A stretch of DNA of 64,000 nucleotides from Calditrichia bacterium (GCA_028284905.1 JANQQU010000087.1:1015-65014); one strand, 5' to 3'. Positions 1 through 10,347 are shown, counted from the first letter of the stretch. Numbers and translations are program-made. Notes: generated from the letters alone by a model not told the origin.

Positions 1-131
1 CGGGAGACATCCTCCAGCGTTTTGAAGGAGGTAATCACCATGTAATAAAATGGCGTCACCATCGTTACTCCCACGCCGATGATGACAGTGTAAAGCCAAA
101 AACGAGAGAGGTTTATTTTTGGTATTTTCAT
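1..131 (-). CDS. Carbohydrate ABC transporter permease (MalG-like), partial, runs off the left edge
   Basis: Hand translation from ATG at 131: MKIPKINLSRFWLYTVIIGVGVTMVTPFYYMVITSFKTLEDVS; hydrophobic helix plus PFxxMxxTSFK typical of second CUT1 permeases; follows an ABC operon. Not in the ORF track. Confidence 0.75.
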   Translation of the reverse strand, partial: MKIPKINLSRFWLYTVIIGVGVTMVTPFYYMVITSFKTLEDVS

Positions 132-194
132 CTATTACTTCCGGACTTACAGGTTGCCTGACGGCGTTATGTTGGCTGCTATCTAATTATTATT

Positions 195-332
195 GCCCGC
201 GAAATACGCTAAACATGCGAAAGCGTATAATGCTTTTGAAAAGAAATTTTTGATTAACAGCCATACAATTTAAGATTAATTTTTCCTTATAATTCGACGA
301 TACTTTTCGTGTTATTCGCGTATTTCGCGGGC
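195..332. repeat. Imperfect inverted repeat, REP/MITE-like element
   Basis: gcccgcgaaatacgctaaacatgcgaaa (195-222) pairs imperfectly with ttttcgtgttattcgcgtatttcgcgggc (304-332). Confidence 0.6.
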
Positions 333-1775
333 TATTAAAAAACAACTTTCCCGCGGAAATATGTTACTTATTCGCAGCAATCGCCTGCATCCCGGAGCGT
401 TGGATTGCGCCATCGCCCGCTCGATAAGATAGTCGGGAATATTGTTATCCGCATCTGACCTGGCAATGGTAAACATTTCTTTTACGATTACAGGGTTCTC
501 ATCCGCGATGTTTTTACCCAATTGGGGATCCGCCGTTAGGTCATATAAAAACACGCCGCTGCCATCTACATTGCAGTTCATCCACCAGCGATCTTTTATG
601 ACAGTGATCGCACAATCCCAGGCGATGGTTACATGATCGCGGATCGCCTTCCCGCCCTCTACAGCTGTTTCCCAAAAGGCTTTTCCATCAATCGGTTGAT
701 TTGGCTTGACGTTGGCAAAATCCAATATCTGCGCAGAAATATCGATATGCTGTAAAAGTAAATCCGACCGCTCGCCAGCGCCTGCGCCGCTTGGATGACG
801 GATCATCAAACCGATATCGAAGACCGATGGATGAGAAGGATAACCGCGCTTCCCCATGTAGTTGGCATCGCCAATGGAATGTCCGTGATCTGTTGCGACA
901 ATTACCACGGAATTTTCCAGTAATCCCTGCACCTGCAGCGATTCATAGAAATGGCCGAACCAGCGGTCGCACATCGTAACCAGGGCGCTGTAATTCGCCT
1001 GGGCCCGCTCGATGAGGGCAACGGGGATGTCATCGGTTTCCCGGTAGAGGGAAGCAACCTGTTCCTGCCGCTCGCTTTTATCGTACATCTTCCGGTAATT
1101 TTCCGGGACAAACCAGGGTTCATGGGGATCAAAACTTTCTACCGTCAGGAAAAAATTTTCCGCCGCGCGGTTTTGCCGCAGCCAATGACTGGCCTCGGTC
1201 ATTACCCGGGCGTTGAAGTAGTCTTCCTCAGCAATACGATCATGCATGTTCTTTATGCATTGCCGAATGAAATTGTGCCAATTCTCCGGACTTTGGTATT
1301 CCCGCGCCAGCCAGTAGTCAATTTCCTCCTGAGTGGGTTCCGGCCCACTGCGGTAGGGATCGACTTCCTGCCCGCGTAAAAATTGCCACTGGTCGAAGCC
1401 GCGCTGGAAATTTTTCGAAGGTTTAAATTGATGATAAACATCGGAAATCAACCCGGTGCGATAACCACCTTTTTCCCGCAATAATTCCGCCAGTGTATCG
1501 TCGCTTTCCGGAATCGGTCCCCAGCCGGGAGAACCGGTAAAATCACCTTTCAGGTAAAACATGCTCTCATGAAATGGATAGACCCGTTTCCCGGTATAAA
1601 TCGCCCGGCGGGCGGGCAGCGTGGGAAGCACTTCCGGATAAACCCGGTCAAAAACCAGCGAGGCTTCCGCGAAACGATCCAGATTGGGGGTATGCACCTT
1701 TCCCCAGGGAGGCTGTCCGTATGCGCCGATGCAATCCTTCCGAAGCGTATCGAAAATGACCAGAATGATATTCAT
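312..1775 (-). CDS. Sulfatase-like alkaline phosphatase superfamily hydrolase with Thr at the catalytic position, no signal peptide
   Basis: IIFD-type N-terminal metal motif (VIFDTLR), PTLPARRAIYTG in place of CxPxRxxxxTG, DPHEPW and TDHG metal motifs. Confidence 0.8.
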   Translation of the reverse strand: MNIILVIFDTLRKDCIGAYGQPPWGKVHTPNLDRFAEASLVFDRVYPEVLPTLPARRAIYTGKRVYPFHESMFYLKGDFTGSPGWGPIPESDDTLAELLREKGGYRTGLISDVYHQFKPSKNFQRGFDQWQFLRGQEVDPYRSGPEPTQEEIDYWLAREYQSPENWHNFIRQCIKNMHDRIAEEDYFNARVMTEASHWLRQNRAAENFFLTVESFDPHEPWFVPENYRKMYDKSERQEQVASLYRETDDIPVALIERAQANYSALVTMCDRWFGHFYESLQVQGLLENSVVIVATDHGHSIGDANYMGKRGYPSHPSVFDIGLMIRHPSGAGAGERSDLLLQHIDISAQILDFANVKPNQPIDGKAFWETAVEGGKAIRDHVTIAWDCAITVIKDRWWMNCNVDGSGVFLYDLTADPQLGKNIADENPVIVKEMFTIARSDADNNIPDYLIERAMAQSNAPGCRRLLRISNIFPRESCFLIAREIRE

Positions 1776-4180
1776 TAGCTTTCTTTCTTCATAATCAGCT
1801 TAAAGTTAAAGATCGTCAGGATTAGTAGCAGCACAAAGAGGATGTAGGCAACCGCGGAGGCTTCCCCCATTTTAAAATACTCAAATCCTTTCCGGTAAAT
1901 AAAAGGAACGATAGTCATACCGCTGTCGTCCGGGCCAAATTTGGATTCTCCTTCCCCGGCCCCACCGCCCATCATGAAGATTTGTTCAAAGACCTGAATG
2001 GCTCCGATGGTGCCCATTACCGTCAGAAAAACCACCTGCGGCCGTAAACCGGGCAGGCTGATATGGAGAAACTGCCGGAAAGGACCGGCCCCATCGATTT
2101 CCGCTGCCTCATACTGCGCAGCCGGAATATTTTGGAATCCCGCCAGGTAAATCAAAATGGTAAAGGCCAGTCCCTGCCAGATGCTCATCACGATCACGCA
2201 ATTCAAAAAGAAACCCTTATCTTTCAGAAATACCACCGGATCTTTTATCATTCCTAAATTCAATAACAGGGCATTGATCCAACCGTGTTCCGCCCCGGTG
2301 AACAGGGTGAACCAGATTAAGCTGACCGATACAATTGAGGTTACCAACGGGGCAAAGTATACGAATTTGAAGAGTTTATCCGGCCAGAGGTTTTTATCCA
2401 GGCAGGCAGCCAGTATTACCCCGAGGACCAGCTGCAGTGGGATAACCAACAGGGCAAAATAAAGCGAACGGCCAAGGCTTTGCCAAAGTACCGAATCCGC
2501 CAAAATGTTTTGGTAATTTTCCAGCCCCACCCACTTTGCCGCGCTCAATGGCGTTACTGGATTATAGCGGGTAAAACCAAGGTAAAAAGAGACGATGACC
2601 GGAATGATAATAAACACTAGGGCAGAAATAACGGCTGGCGCGATATAGAGATAAGAGCGCCAATTCGCGCGAATGTCCGGCACTACCAGAATCATGGCAA
2701 AAAAGGCCAGGCAAAGTATAAAAACGATCAGCTCGGAATAATCGAGGATGTCCCACTCATTCGCGCTGCCGCTGCTGCTTAGATATAAATCGCCGTAATA
2801 ACGCTGAAAACTCTCCCGATCGATATCGAGCTTTTGCTGGGCTTGAACCGTAAGTTCGTTTAATAGTTCTTCACAAGAATGTGCCAGAAATTGCCGGTAT
2901 TTTTCCCGTTCTTCTGGTAATTTCCCGGCAGCGAACTGTTGCTTTAGCTCTCGTACGCTGATATCGTATTTTGCGGCGACAGATTCATGATAGGTTTGCA
3001 GGGTTTCCCACATTTTGTAGCAACTTTGCTCCAGAATGCGTTCCGGCTCTTTCAGCCAGGGATGTCCCTCTTTCGTTTTCAGACGACCAAAAATTTCCCG
3101 AAAAAGTGCCTGATCGCCGTCCCGCAAAGCGAGGTCTTTTTCCCAGAACGCCATGTTGGGGGAAAAAGTCAACCAGGCGCCGTCGTCCAGGTTGGCGAGA
3201 TAATTATACTGATAAAACTGCATTTCGGCGGATGTCAGATATTCCAGCCATTTCATCGCCCCATCGGGATTTTTCGCTTCCCGGAAAATCACTGTGCTCC
3301 GCCCGCCCATGATGGTTACCGGGATGCCCTCATCCGCCCGGGGGAAAGGAAAAACGCCAATGTTGTCCATCGCCTCTGGAAAGCGTATCTGTAAATCGCT
3401 CAATGCTTCGTGGTAGGTAAAAAAGAGTGGGAGAGCCCTGGCCGGGTTTTCCTCAGCAATCAGCAGCATTTCCTTTTCATCGGCGAGATTGTAAGAATTC
3501 CAGAGATCAATCGCGTATCGATATCCCTTCAGGAAATTTGCTTCTGTCCATCCCACCCGGGCGCCGTCGTCCAGAAAACTTTCCGCCTCAAACGGCCAGG
3601 TAAAAGTACCCAATCCCCAGGAGGCATTGCGCGTCCAAAAAAAACCGTATTTGTAGCCCTCGGCTGTTAAGCGGTCTAGCACAGTCGTTAGTTCGGACCA
3701 GGTTTGTGGTACGGTAAGGTTATTCGCTTCAAAAATATCTTTGCGATAAAATCCCACTAAGGCAGCGGCGCTACCGGGAATAGAAAAGAGTCGCCCCTTG
3801 TAATAATTGATCGGCCACATCCCTGGAAAGAACTTTTTCTTCAGGCGAGCAATGGCCTCCGGATAGCGCTCTGCCAGGTCGATCACCCCGCCAACTTTGC
3901 CATAATCCAGCCCGGCGCTCAGGCTGCCGGAACCAGCATCCGGCGGATTTCCGGAAGCCATTGCCGTAACAAACTTGGTATCGAAATTCCCCCAGGGAAG
4001 CGCCTGCACATTGACGACAACACCGGTTTCTGACTGGTATTTTTTAGCAATCTCTCGCACGGCATTTACTTCCGCATAGCTGCCGACATACCAGAAGTCG
4101 ACCTCCTCACCTCCGGCTGTCAAAGCCATGCTGACCAAAAAGAAGAAACAGAACGCGAGTTTATTCATCAGATTCCTCAA
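1775..4180 (-). CDS. Fused sugar ABC transporter solute-binding protein and MalF-like permease
   Basis: Signal peptide, SBP-like region (VNVQALPWGNFDTKFVTAMASGNPPDA), then several TM helices with EAA motif YEAAEIDGAGPFRQFLHISLP. Confidence 0.85.
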   Translation of the reverse strand: MRNLMNKLAFCFFFLVSMALTAGGEEVDFWYVGSYAEVNAVREIAKKYQSETGVVVNVQALPWGNFDTKFVTAMASGNPPDAGSGSLSAGLDYGKVGGVIDLAERYPEAIARLKKKFFPGMWPINYYKGRLFSIPGSAAALVGFYRKDIFEANNLTVPQTWSELTTVLDRLTAEGYKYGFFWTRNASWGLGTFTWPFEAESFLDDGARVGWTEANFLKGYRYAIDLWNSYNLADEKEMLLIAEENPARALPLFFTYHEALSDLQIRFPEAMDNIGVFPFPRADEGIPVTIMGGRSTVIFREAKNPDGAMKWLEYLTSAEMQFYQYNYLANLDDGAWLTFSPNMAFWEKDLALRDGDQALFREIFGRLKTKEGHPWLKEPERILEQSCYKMWETLQTYHESVAAKYDISVRELKQQFAAGKLPEEREKYRQFLAHSCEELLNELTVQAQQKLDIDRESFQRYYGDLYLSSSGSANEWDILDYSELIVFILCLAFFAMILVVPDIRANWRSYLYIAPAVISALVFIIIPVIVSFYLGFTRYNPVTPLSAAKWVGLENYQNILADSVLWQSLGRSLYFALLVIPLQLVLGVILAACLDKNLWPDKLFKFVYFAPLVTSIVSVSLIWFTLFTGAEHGWINALLLNLGMIKDPVVFLKDKGFFLNCVIVMSIWQGLAFTILIYLAGFQNIPAAQYEAAEIDGAGPFRQFLHISLPGLRPQVVFLTVMGTIGAIQVFEQIFMMGGGAGEGESKFGPDDSGMTIVPFIYRKGFEYFKMGEASAVAYILFVLLLILTIFNFKLIMKKES

Positions 4181-6587
4181 GAGACGTTGTTTTGTTCGGT
4201 TTTAATATCGGCAGCCATTTCAAATAGACATCCAACGCCACATGCGGCTGATAAGCAAAATAGTGATTTCTGTATTTTTTCCCGGCGGTTTCCCATTCTA
4301 TCAGCCACAATCGGGTCCGGGTCGTTTCCGGTAAATATCCCTCCAGCAATTTCCCGTTTTTGCGAACCCGGAATACCTTTTTATACAGTATCTCTTCAGT
4401 GTCTGCGTCTTTTATTGTAAAACGGCCTTCGGCCTCCTCCAAAGTATCGTTGACGATGACAACAGGATGTCCATCCGCTTGCGCATCACCGACCATTACA
4501 CAGACATCGGTTTGCACTCGTTTGATATAATGATAGGCAAGTTTTTTACGATAATAATAATCAACAATCGCATCGGAGATTACCGGCCAACCATCGCGGA
4601 GATTCCACCAGAGAATCCCGGTCCGGTCAAATTTATTCATCCGCCAAAACTCAATGAAATACTTCTTCGCTTCTGCCTGAATAATTTGCGATGCGAGGAT
4701 AAAACGGTCAAGATCTGTTGGCACTTTCGTAAAGACACATTTGATCTGATTGATCATTAAATCGTTGCGTTGCAATAGCTCGGTTGAATGAGGATGGGAG
4801 CGTACCGCTTTGGTCTGCCATTGATCGTTCCACTGAAAATCTTTTTTGTTCGTCCAGGGATACACAAAGTCTTTATCAAACATTTTTTCCAGACTTTCAC
4901 GATTCGGACAGCCATGGTAACCGATTTCACTCACAAATTTCGCATCGTTTTCCGTGTAAAAAGGCGCCTTGTAATACCCACGCGGCCCCCAAAGGTGCTG
5001 CTCCGGTGCATAGCTTTGGTCCACCCGTCCGGCCAGCCGGAAGGCCTCCGCACTAATGTATGGTGAGCTGGGCAGGTAAGGCGTTTTTGGGTCCAGGCGA
5101 CGCACCATCGCCGGTAAAAGCTGGCGGCTGATTGGGTCATCATTCGGATCTACAAATGACTGATCATTGTTCCATTCCCCGGAAATATCATTCTCATTAT
5201 TCCCTGCCCATAACACCAGGCTGGGGTGCCGGCGAATTCTACGAATCGCTCTTGCTGCTTCCGTTTCAATCTTTTTCAGGAAACTATCACCCTGCGGATA
5301 TTGGGTACAGCCCATCATAAAATCGTGCCAGACCATAATGCCATGTGCGTCGCAGCGGTCATAAAATTCGTCTTGCTCATAAACATTGCCGCCCCACATC
5401 CGGACCATGTTGCAATTTAGATCCACCAGCATATTAACCGATGGCTGGATGTGCTGCTTGTCCCGACTGTGAAAAGCATCCAGCGCGACCCAGTTGGTTC
5501 CTTTCACAAAAATCTTTTCCTGGTTGATCTTAAAAACAAATTCCCCAGGATTCTCTTTCGTTGTGGCATCAGTGCGCAGTAGTTCTACTGTTCGGATGCC
5601 AATCCTTTGCGTATCTTCCGCGAGGGTTTCCCCATTTTCGTCCAGAATTGCTAATGTCGCATCATATAATGCGGGATCGCCATAACCGCGCGGCCACCAG
5701 CAATCTATGTTCTTCAGATGATTCAGCCGGGTACGAAAAACGGTGGAATAGATTTTGGAGCTTTCTTCAAATACGATTTGATCGCCACGCTGCAATTTTA
5801 CCTGTAAAGTCAAGTCATCGACATTGAGGCGTTCCGTGGCAAACTCCCAATCAACATAAATCGAAGCTTGTTTGCTCGCCGGATCAACCGAGTTCGTTGC
5901 CCAATATACCCCCTTGAAATGTGTCGGGGATATAATTTCCAACGCTACATCTTTCCAGATGCCCGCACTGACCAACCGGGGAAGAATATCCCAGCCATAG
6001 GAATGTGCTGCTTTGCGAATATTCACCGATTCGCCCCCCAGCGCATCGTAACGCACGCCGAACATCTCCCGCTGGTATTTCCGCCCTTCCAGCACAGCCG
6101 AATCGATACGAACAAACAATTCATTTTCAGCGCTCAAAAGATCGTTGACATCGAAACGATGCGCAATGAACATATTTTCGACATGTCCGATTTTCACATC
6201 GTTTAACCAAATTTCGGCAATACAATCAATACCGTGGAAGCATAGCTCTGCAAGGTGTCCTTCGGGTACATCCGGACCAGGGAAATTACAGCGATACCAC
6301 CACTGGCAGGATTCGTATTTGCGAAGGGCATAAACATTATTACCGATCTCTGGTGCCTGGATCTCACCAGCTTTTAACAAATCCAGCTCAACATTTCCCG
6401 GCACTCTGGCATCGATTTTTTTCCAGTTAGCAGCGCGTAACTCAACCGGCGTCCGCGGTGCATCTTTATCTTGTAATCCCCAGTACAATTGCCATTCAAT
6501 TGTCTGCCCGGAGTTTAAGGAAACAACGGTTTTTCTTCCCGGCTTGCGATCGACGCATCGTATACGATTGTTTTTTTGCATGTTCAA
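4161..6587 (-). CDS. GH2 beta-mannosidase-like glycosidase, probably cytoplasmic
   Basis: FHGIDCIAEIWLN, HSYGWD, RMWGGN, LWAGNNE and FVSEIG motifs of the beta-mannosidase subgroup; no hydrophobic signal peptide seen. Confidence 0.85.
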   Translation of the reverse strand: MNMQKNNRIRCVDRKPGRKTVVSLNSGQTIEWQLYWGLQDKDAPRTPVELRAANWKKIDARVPGNVELDLLKAGEIQAPEIGNNVYALRKYESCQWWYRCNFPGPDVPEGHLAELCFHGIDCIAEIWLNDVKIGHVENMFIAHRFDVNDLLSAENELFVRIDSAVLEGRKYQREMFGVRYDALGGESVNIRKAAHSYGWDILPRLVSAGIWKDVALEIISPTHFKGVYWATNSVDPASKQASIYVDWEFATERLNVDDLTLQVKLQRGDQIVFEESSKIYSTVFRTRLNHLKNIDCWWPRGYGDPALYDATLAILDENGETLAEDTQRIGIRTVELLRTDATTKENPGEFVFKINQEKIFVKGTNWVALDAFHSRDKQHIQPSVNMLVDLNCNMVRMWGGNVYEQDEFYDRCDAHGIMVWHDFMMGCTQYPQGDSFLKKIETEAARAIRRIRRHPSLVLWAGNNENDISGEWNNDQSFVDPNDDPISRQLLPAMVRRLDPKTPYLPSSPYISAEAFRLAGRVDQSYAPEQHLWGPRGYYKAPFYTENDAKFVSEIGYHGCPNRESLEKMFDKDFVYPWTNKKDFQWNDQWQTKAVRSHPHSTELLQRNDLMINQIKCVFTKVPTDLDRFILASQIIQAEAKKYFIEFWRMNKFDRTGILWWNLRDGWPVISDAIVDYYYRKKLAYHYIKRVQTDVCVMVGDAQADGHPVVIVNDTLEEAEGRFTIKDADTEEILYKKVFRVRKNGKLLEGYLPETTRTRLWLIEWETAGKKYRNHYFAYQPHVALDVYLKWLPILKPNKTTSLEESDE

Positions 6588-6773
6588 TAGCCGTGCTGAA
6601 AAGACTGGTGAATGACTTGTATTTTGTCTTCAGTTTAACGGTCTGAAAATTCATGTCCAAGGGGGAATTGCGCGATTTTTCAAAACTGGTAATATCAAAT
6701 TTCTGCTGAAGTTTAACGAAGATCTGTTTAGGCTAAACCTTTAGGGCAGCTCAAATTTATTTTATGACCGCAC

Positions 6774-8003
6774 TTAAGGCACCTGCACCAGAAACAAGTT
6801 TGCTTTACCGGCAGATTTTAAATGATAGCGCTTCAGACTGGCCGGAATTAAAACCGCCTGCCCTTTTTGAAAATCGACGGTTTCATTTTTCCACTGAATA
6901 GATACTCCACCATCAACAATCAAAAGGAACTGAATGCTCGTTGCTTCCACTGTTTTTATCGCTTCTGCGTCCAGCTTTATTTGTTCAATCGCAAATTCCG
7001 GCACCGGTGTATCGTATTTATTCCGGGAAGCTGCCTGAATGGTTATTGGTGTGGTTTCGTAGGTGAGAATATCAACCAGCGTTTTTACATCCTGAAATTT
7101 CGGGGTTAATCCGGCCCGCACAACATTATCGGAATTTGCCATACACTCGACGATATTTCCCTTTAGATAGGCATGGGGAATGCCGGCGTTCAAAAAGACC
7201 GCTTCTCCTTTTTTTAAGCGAATCAGGTTCAGGAGAAAGAGAGAGAAAAGGCCGGAATCTGCACCCGGGTAAGTTTCCCGTAGTTCAAAAAAGATTTTCT
7301 CCCGTTCGCTCAATCCACCTTTCTCAGTCAGGCGGTTGCTCAAACTTTCGATGGCTGCCAGCAATGCTTCTTTGTGGGTTTGGGACTTATACATTAATGC
7401 TGAAAACATCCGCTTTACGATCTCACTTGCTTCGGGCGAATCATTTCGCACCTTTCTCATTTCAGCGACGATATCTTCTCCGATAAATGCGGCGATTTCC
7501 GGATAGCGCTGAAAAACTGTAAGCAAAGTAGAAATCGGTTGAAAACCGGCCAGTGCCAGGAGCTCATCCAGGGCAATGGCGATTTCCGGCTTATGATTAT
7601 CATCGGGATAATGCTCGGGATCAAGCGTATGGAGCGCTGCTGCCTGCTGTTTATTGGGATGTGCCTGAATCGAAAGTGCTTCATTGGCAGAAAGCACTTT
7701 GAATAAAAAGGGGAGCTTCTTGTCGAACTTTCCCGCCACCGCTTCTCCCAAAATTTCCAGCGGGTATTTTTCGATTAAACGGTTGAGCAAATATCTTTCA
7801 CCATCAATTTCTATTCGCGATGGTGCTTTCGGATGCGCGCCCATCCAGAGCTCTGCATAGGGCAGGTCCTTTTCCGTCGCGATGCCAATAAATCGCGGAA
7901 TAAAGGCTTTATCGTTTTTTGTTCCCCACTTATAATTCTGAATTTCGTTATGTAACAAATATGGTTTGGGAAGGAATCCGGATTCGTTTTTCATCTTGTT
8001 CAT
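6774..8003 (-). CDS. manA: Mannose-6-phosphate isomerase, class I
   Basis: YKWG, ELWMGAHP, LSIQAHP, DDNHKPE and MANSDNVVRAGLTPK motifs. Start moved from the track's 8090 to the ATG at 8003 (7994 also possible). Confidence 0.95.
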   Translation of the reverse strand: MNKMKNESGFLPKPYLLHNEIQNYKWGTKNDKAFIPRFIGIATEKDLPYAELWMGAHPKAPSRIEIDGERYLLNRLIEKYPLEILGEAVAGKFDKKLPFLFKVLSANEALSIQAHPNKQQAAALHTLDPEHYPDDNHKPEIAIALDELLALAGFQPISTLLTVFQRYPEIAAFIGEDIVAEMRKVRNDSPEASEIVKRMFSALMYKSQTHKEALLAAIESLSNRLTEKGGLSEREKIFFELRETYPGADSGLFSLFLLNLIRLKKGEAVFLNAGIPHAYLKGNIVECMANSDNVVRAGLTPKFQDVKTLVDILTYETTPITIQAASRNKYDTPVPEFAIEQIKLDAEAIKTVEATSIQFLLIVDGGVSIQWKNETVDFQKGQAVLIPASLKRYHLKSAGKANLFLVQVP

Positions 8004-8116
8004 AGCATCTTTCTTTTTCAGCTGATTACATGAGTTTTCATTGCTTACACAACGGCACTTTCGTATTTCTGCAATTATTTTCCGTAGCACTAAACAGTAA
8101 TGCCGGATAAATATTT

Positions 8117-8156
8117 GCTGTCATCGCCCACAGGCATCTAACCGGGCGATGACAGC
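8117..8156. terminator. Hairpin between the TonB receptor and manA, possible terminator
   Basis: Perfect 13-bp inverted repeat gctgtcatcgccc / gggcgatgacagc just after the receptor stop. Confidence 0.55.
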
Positions 8157-8175
8157 GTTAATAGAAAATACAATC

Positions 8176-10347
8176 CTATAATTTTATTTTCAAACCCCCA
8201 TTTATCACGAACCCGTCTATTGGCGCATAAATGTCTTTGAAAACCGGATTACTCCTGGGTCCGCTATAAATTTGCCCAAATTTTGTTTGCCGGGTATCAA
8301 GAAAGTTTTCGAAGTTTAGAAAGAGCGAAAAACCTTCCCAAATTTTCTCCGTCATCAAGCCAAGAATCCAGTATTTCTTCCCGGTGCTGCCATCATTGAG
8401 TTTTTGTGGACTAAAATAATAGGCCTCAAGCCCAATCCGCAATTCGTCGTGAACTTCGTAAATTAAAACATTGTTCAATCGATGTTTGGCAACCAGCGGC
8501 AGAGATGTAGAATTTTCATTATAGTGCTGTTGAACATTGGCATATGTATACCCAACGAACAACTTATAATGATCATAAGTTAACTTTAGGTTCGTTTCAA
8601 TTCCCCGGGTATCAATATTTCCTTGCGGCTGTTGAAACTCATACTGCCCGTTAGAAATTGGAGTAAGTAAAATTGGCTCGCTGATACGCGTATAGAAAAG
8701 CAGGGAGTTAATGTTAAATGTCATCTTTTTTGAAAGCAAAGTACGATAGTTGATATCAAAATTACTGCCAATCGACTCTTCAGCGTCTGTTTTTTCACCG
8801 TCCACAGGCAGCACATCCCTGAACTGTAATCGCTCGGCATCTTCAGTAAAAACGGTTGGGGTTTTGTAGCCCAGCCCACCGCTTAATCTCATTGTCAGAT
8901 TTGGATCAGGTTTCAGCAAAAGCGAGATCCGGGGAAGAAGAAAGCTGCCATATTCGTTCTGATGATCAAAACGCAGTCCGGTTTCTACACTCACTTTCTG
9001 AGAAGTATTCCAGGTGTTTTGGGCAAATACACCAACCGTAGTATGATCATAGTCTACAACTTCACTATTATTGAACTGATCCTGGGTAAAACGGTCCGTC
9101 CATAAATTTAATCCCACAATCCACTCAAAATTCTCCCTGCTATCGCTAAAGTTTGCTTCGCTGAAGGAGGAAACCTGCTGACCGGCGAATTTGTAATCAG
9201 GAATTTCAACACTTCTGTCATAGAAACTGACACTATTCTTAAAGGAAAACTTTGCGCTTTTTGTTGCCAGATAGTCAAACCCGAGTTGCGTGCTAAATCG
9301 GGTGGTCTCGTTCTTTTCAAAATAAGAATTCGTGCTATCCGCAATACCTTCGATGTATTGCATATCTCCGCCGGTTCTATCCTCAATAGTGCTGTTAAAA
9401 CCGAGATTAAGGGTTGTTTTATCGTTTAAGTAAACAAACAATTTCGGGTTGAAGGTATATCGCTGGAATTCGGGAATTGCAGTTAAACCAATATCTGCCG
9501 GGTCGTAAGGCGAACCCGAGTTGTATGACATGAAAATGGTCGTTCCCATCTTCCGCGCTTTTTGGGAGAAGAAACCACTGACATCCAATCCTGAAGCAGA
9601 AGTCCCATTAAAGAGGAAACTCAACTGTGCGGGTCCATCCGGTGCTTTGGAAACCAGGTTGACCAACCCGGCAATTGCACCGCCGCCATGCAATGTCGAT
9701 GAAGCGCCTTTGATAACTTCTACCTGTTTTAAATCGAGCGGTACGATCTGCAGTAAGCTTAATCCTCCAGAGAAACCGGCATAAAGCGGCAGTCCATCTT
9801 TTAGTATTTGGGTATATTTCCCATCAAGCCCTTGAATACGAATGCTGGAATTATAGGATGTCGCGGAGGTTTGCTGGGTTTGTATACCGGTGCTTTCGTT
9901 CAATAACATCCGAATATCACCGGGTTTCATATTTCCTTTCTCATCGAGCTCTTCACCGGATATAACTTCAACCCTGGTGGGGATATCGGCAATGGTACGG
10001 CTGGATCTTGTTGCTGCAACGGTAACTTCTTCCATAGTTTCGTGATCATGATGAAGCAAAACATCCATCGGTTCACTCTGCTGCAATGGGAAGTTAAAAT
10101 CCCGTGAGACCTCCTGATAGCCGACGTAACTAAAAATGATTGTCTGATTTCCGTCAGGAATATTGGTGAGAAACACAAAGCCATTCTGGTCTGTGCTCGC
10201 GCCAATGGTGGTATCTGCTAAAATTACAAAAGCACCAACGAGCGGTTGCCCACTCTCAGCATCTTTAATGTTTGCCTGAAATGTATTCTGGCCCCTAGCT
10301 GTTGAAAGGCATAGCAATGCCAACAACAGCAGAATCAATTGTTTCAT
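8176..10347 (-). CDS. TonB-dependent outer-membrane receptor (carboxypeptidase-regulatory-like N-domain, plug, barrel), probably metal related
   Basis: Signal peptide, IKDAESGQPLVGA, plug motifs IRIQGLDGKYTQILKDG and VEVIKGASSTLHGGGAIAGLVN, C-terminal GGLKIKL beta-strand. Confidence 0.9.
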   Translation of the reverse strand: MKQLILLLLALLCLSTARGQNTFQANIKDAESGQPLVGAFVILADTTIGASTDQNGFVFLTNIPDGNQTIIFSYVGYQEVSRDFNFPLQQSEPMDVLLHHDHETMEEVTVAATRSSRTIADIPTRVEVISGEELDEKGNMKPGDIRMLLNESTGIQTQQTSATSYNSSIRIQGLDGKYTQILKDGLPLYAGFSGGLSLLQIVPLDLKQVEVIKGASSTLHGGGAIAGLVNLVSKAPDGPAQLSFLFNGTSASGLDVSGFFSQKARKMGTTIFMSYNSGSPYDPADIGLTAIPEFQRYTFNPKLFVYLNDKTTLNLGFNSTIEDRTGGDMQYIEGIADSTNSYFEKNETTRFSTQLGFDYLATKSAKFSFKNSVSFYDRSVEIPDYKFAGQQVSSFSEANFSDSRENFEWIVGLNLWTDRFTQDQFNNSEVVDYDHTTVGVFAQNTWNTSQKVSVETGLRFDHQNEYGSFLLPRISLLLKPDPNLTMRLSGGLGYKTPTVFTEDAERLQFRDVLPVDGEKTDAEESIGSNFDINYRTLLSKKMTFNINSLLFYTRISEPILLTPISNGQYEFQQPQGNIDTRGIETNLKLTYDHYKLFVGYTYANVQQHYNENSTSLPLVAKHRLNNVLIYEVHDELRIGLEAYYFSPQKLNDGSTGKKYWILGLMTEKIWEGFSLFLNFENFLDTRQTKFGQIYSGPRSNPVFKDIYAPIDGFVINGGLKIKL

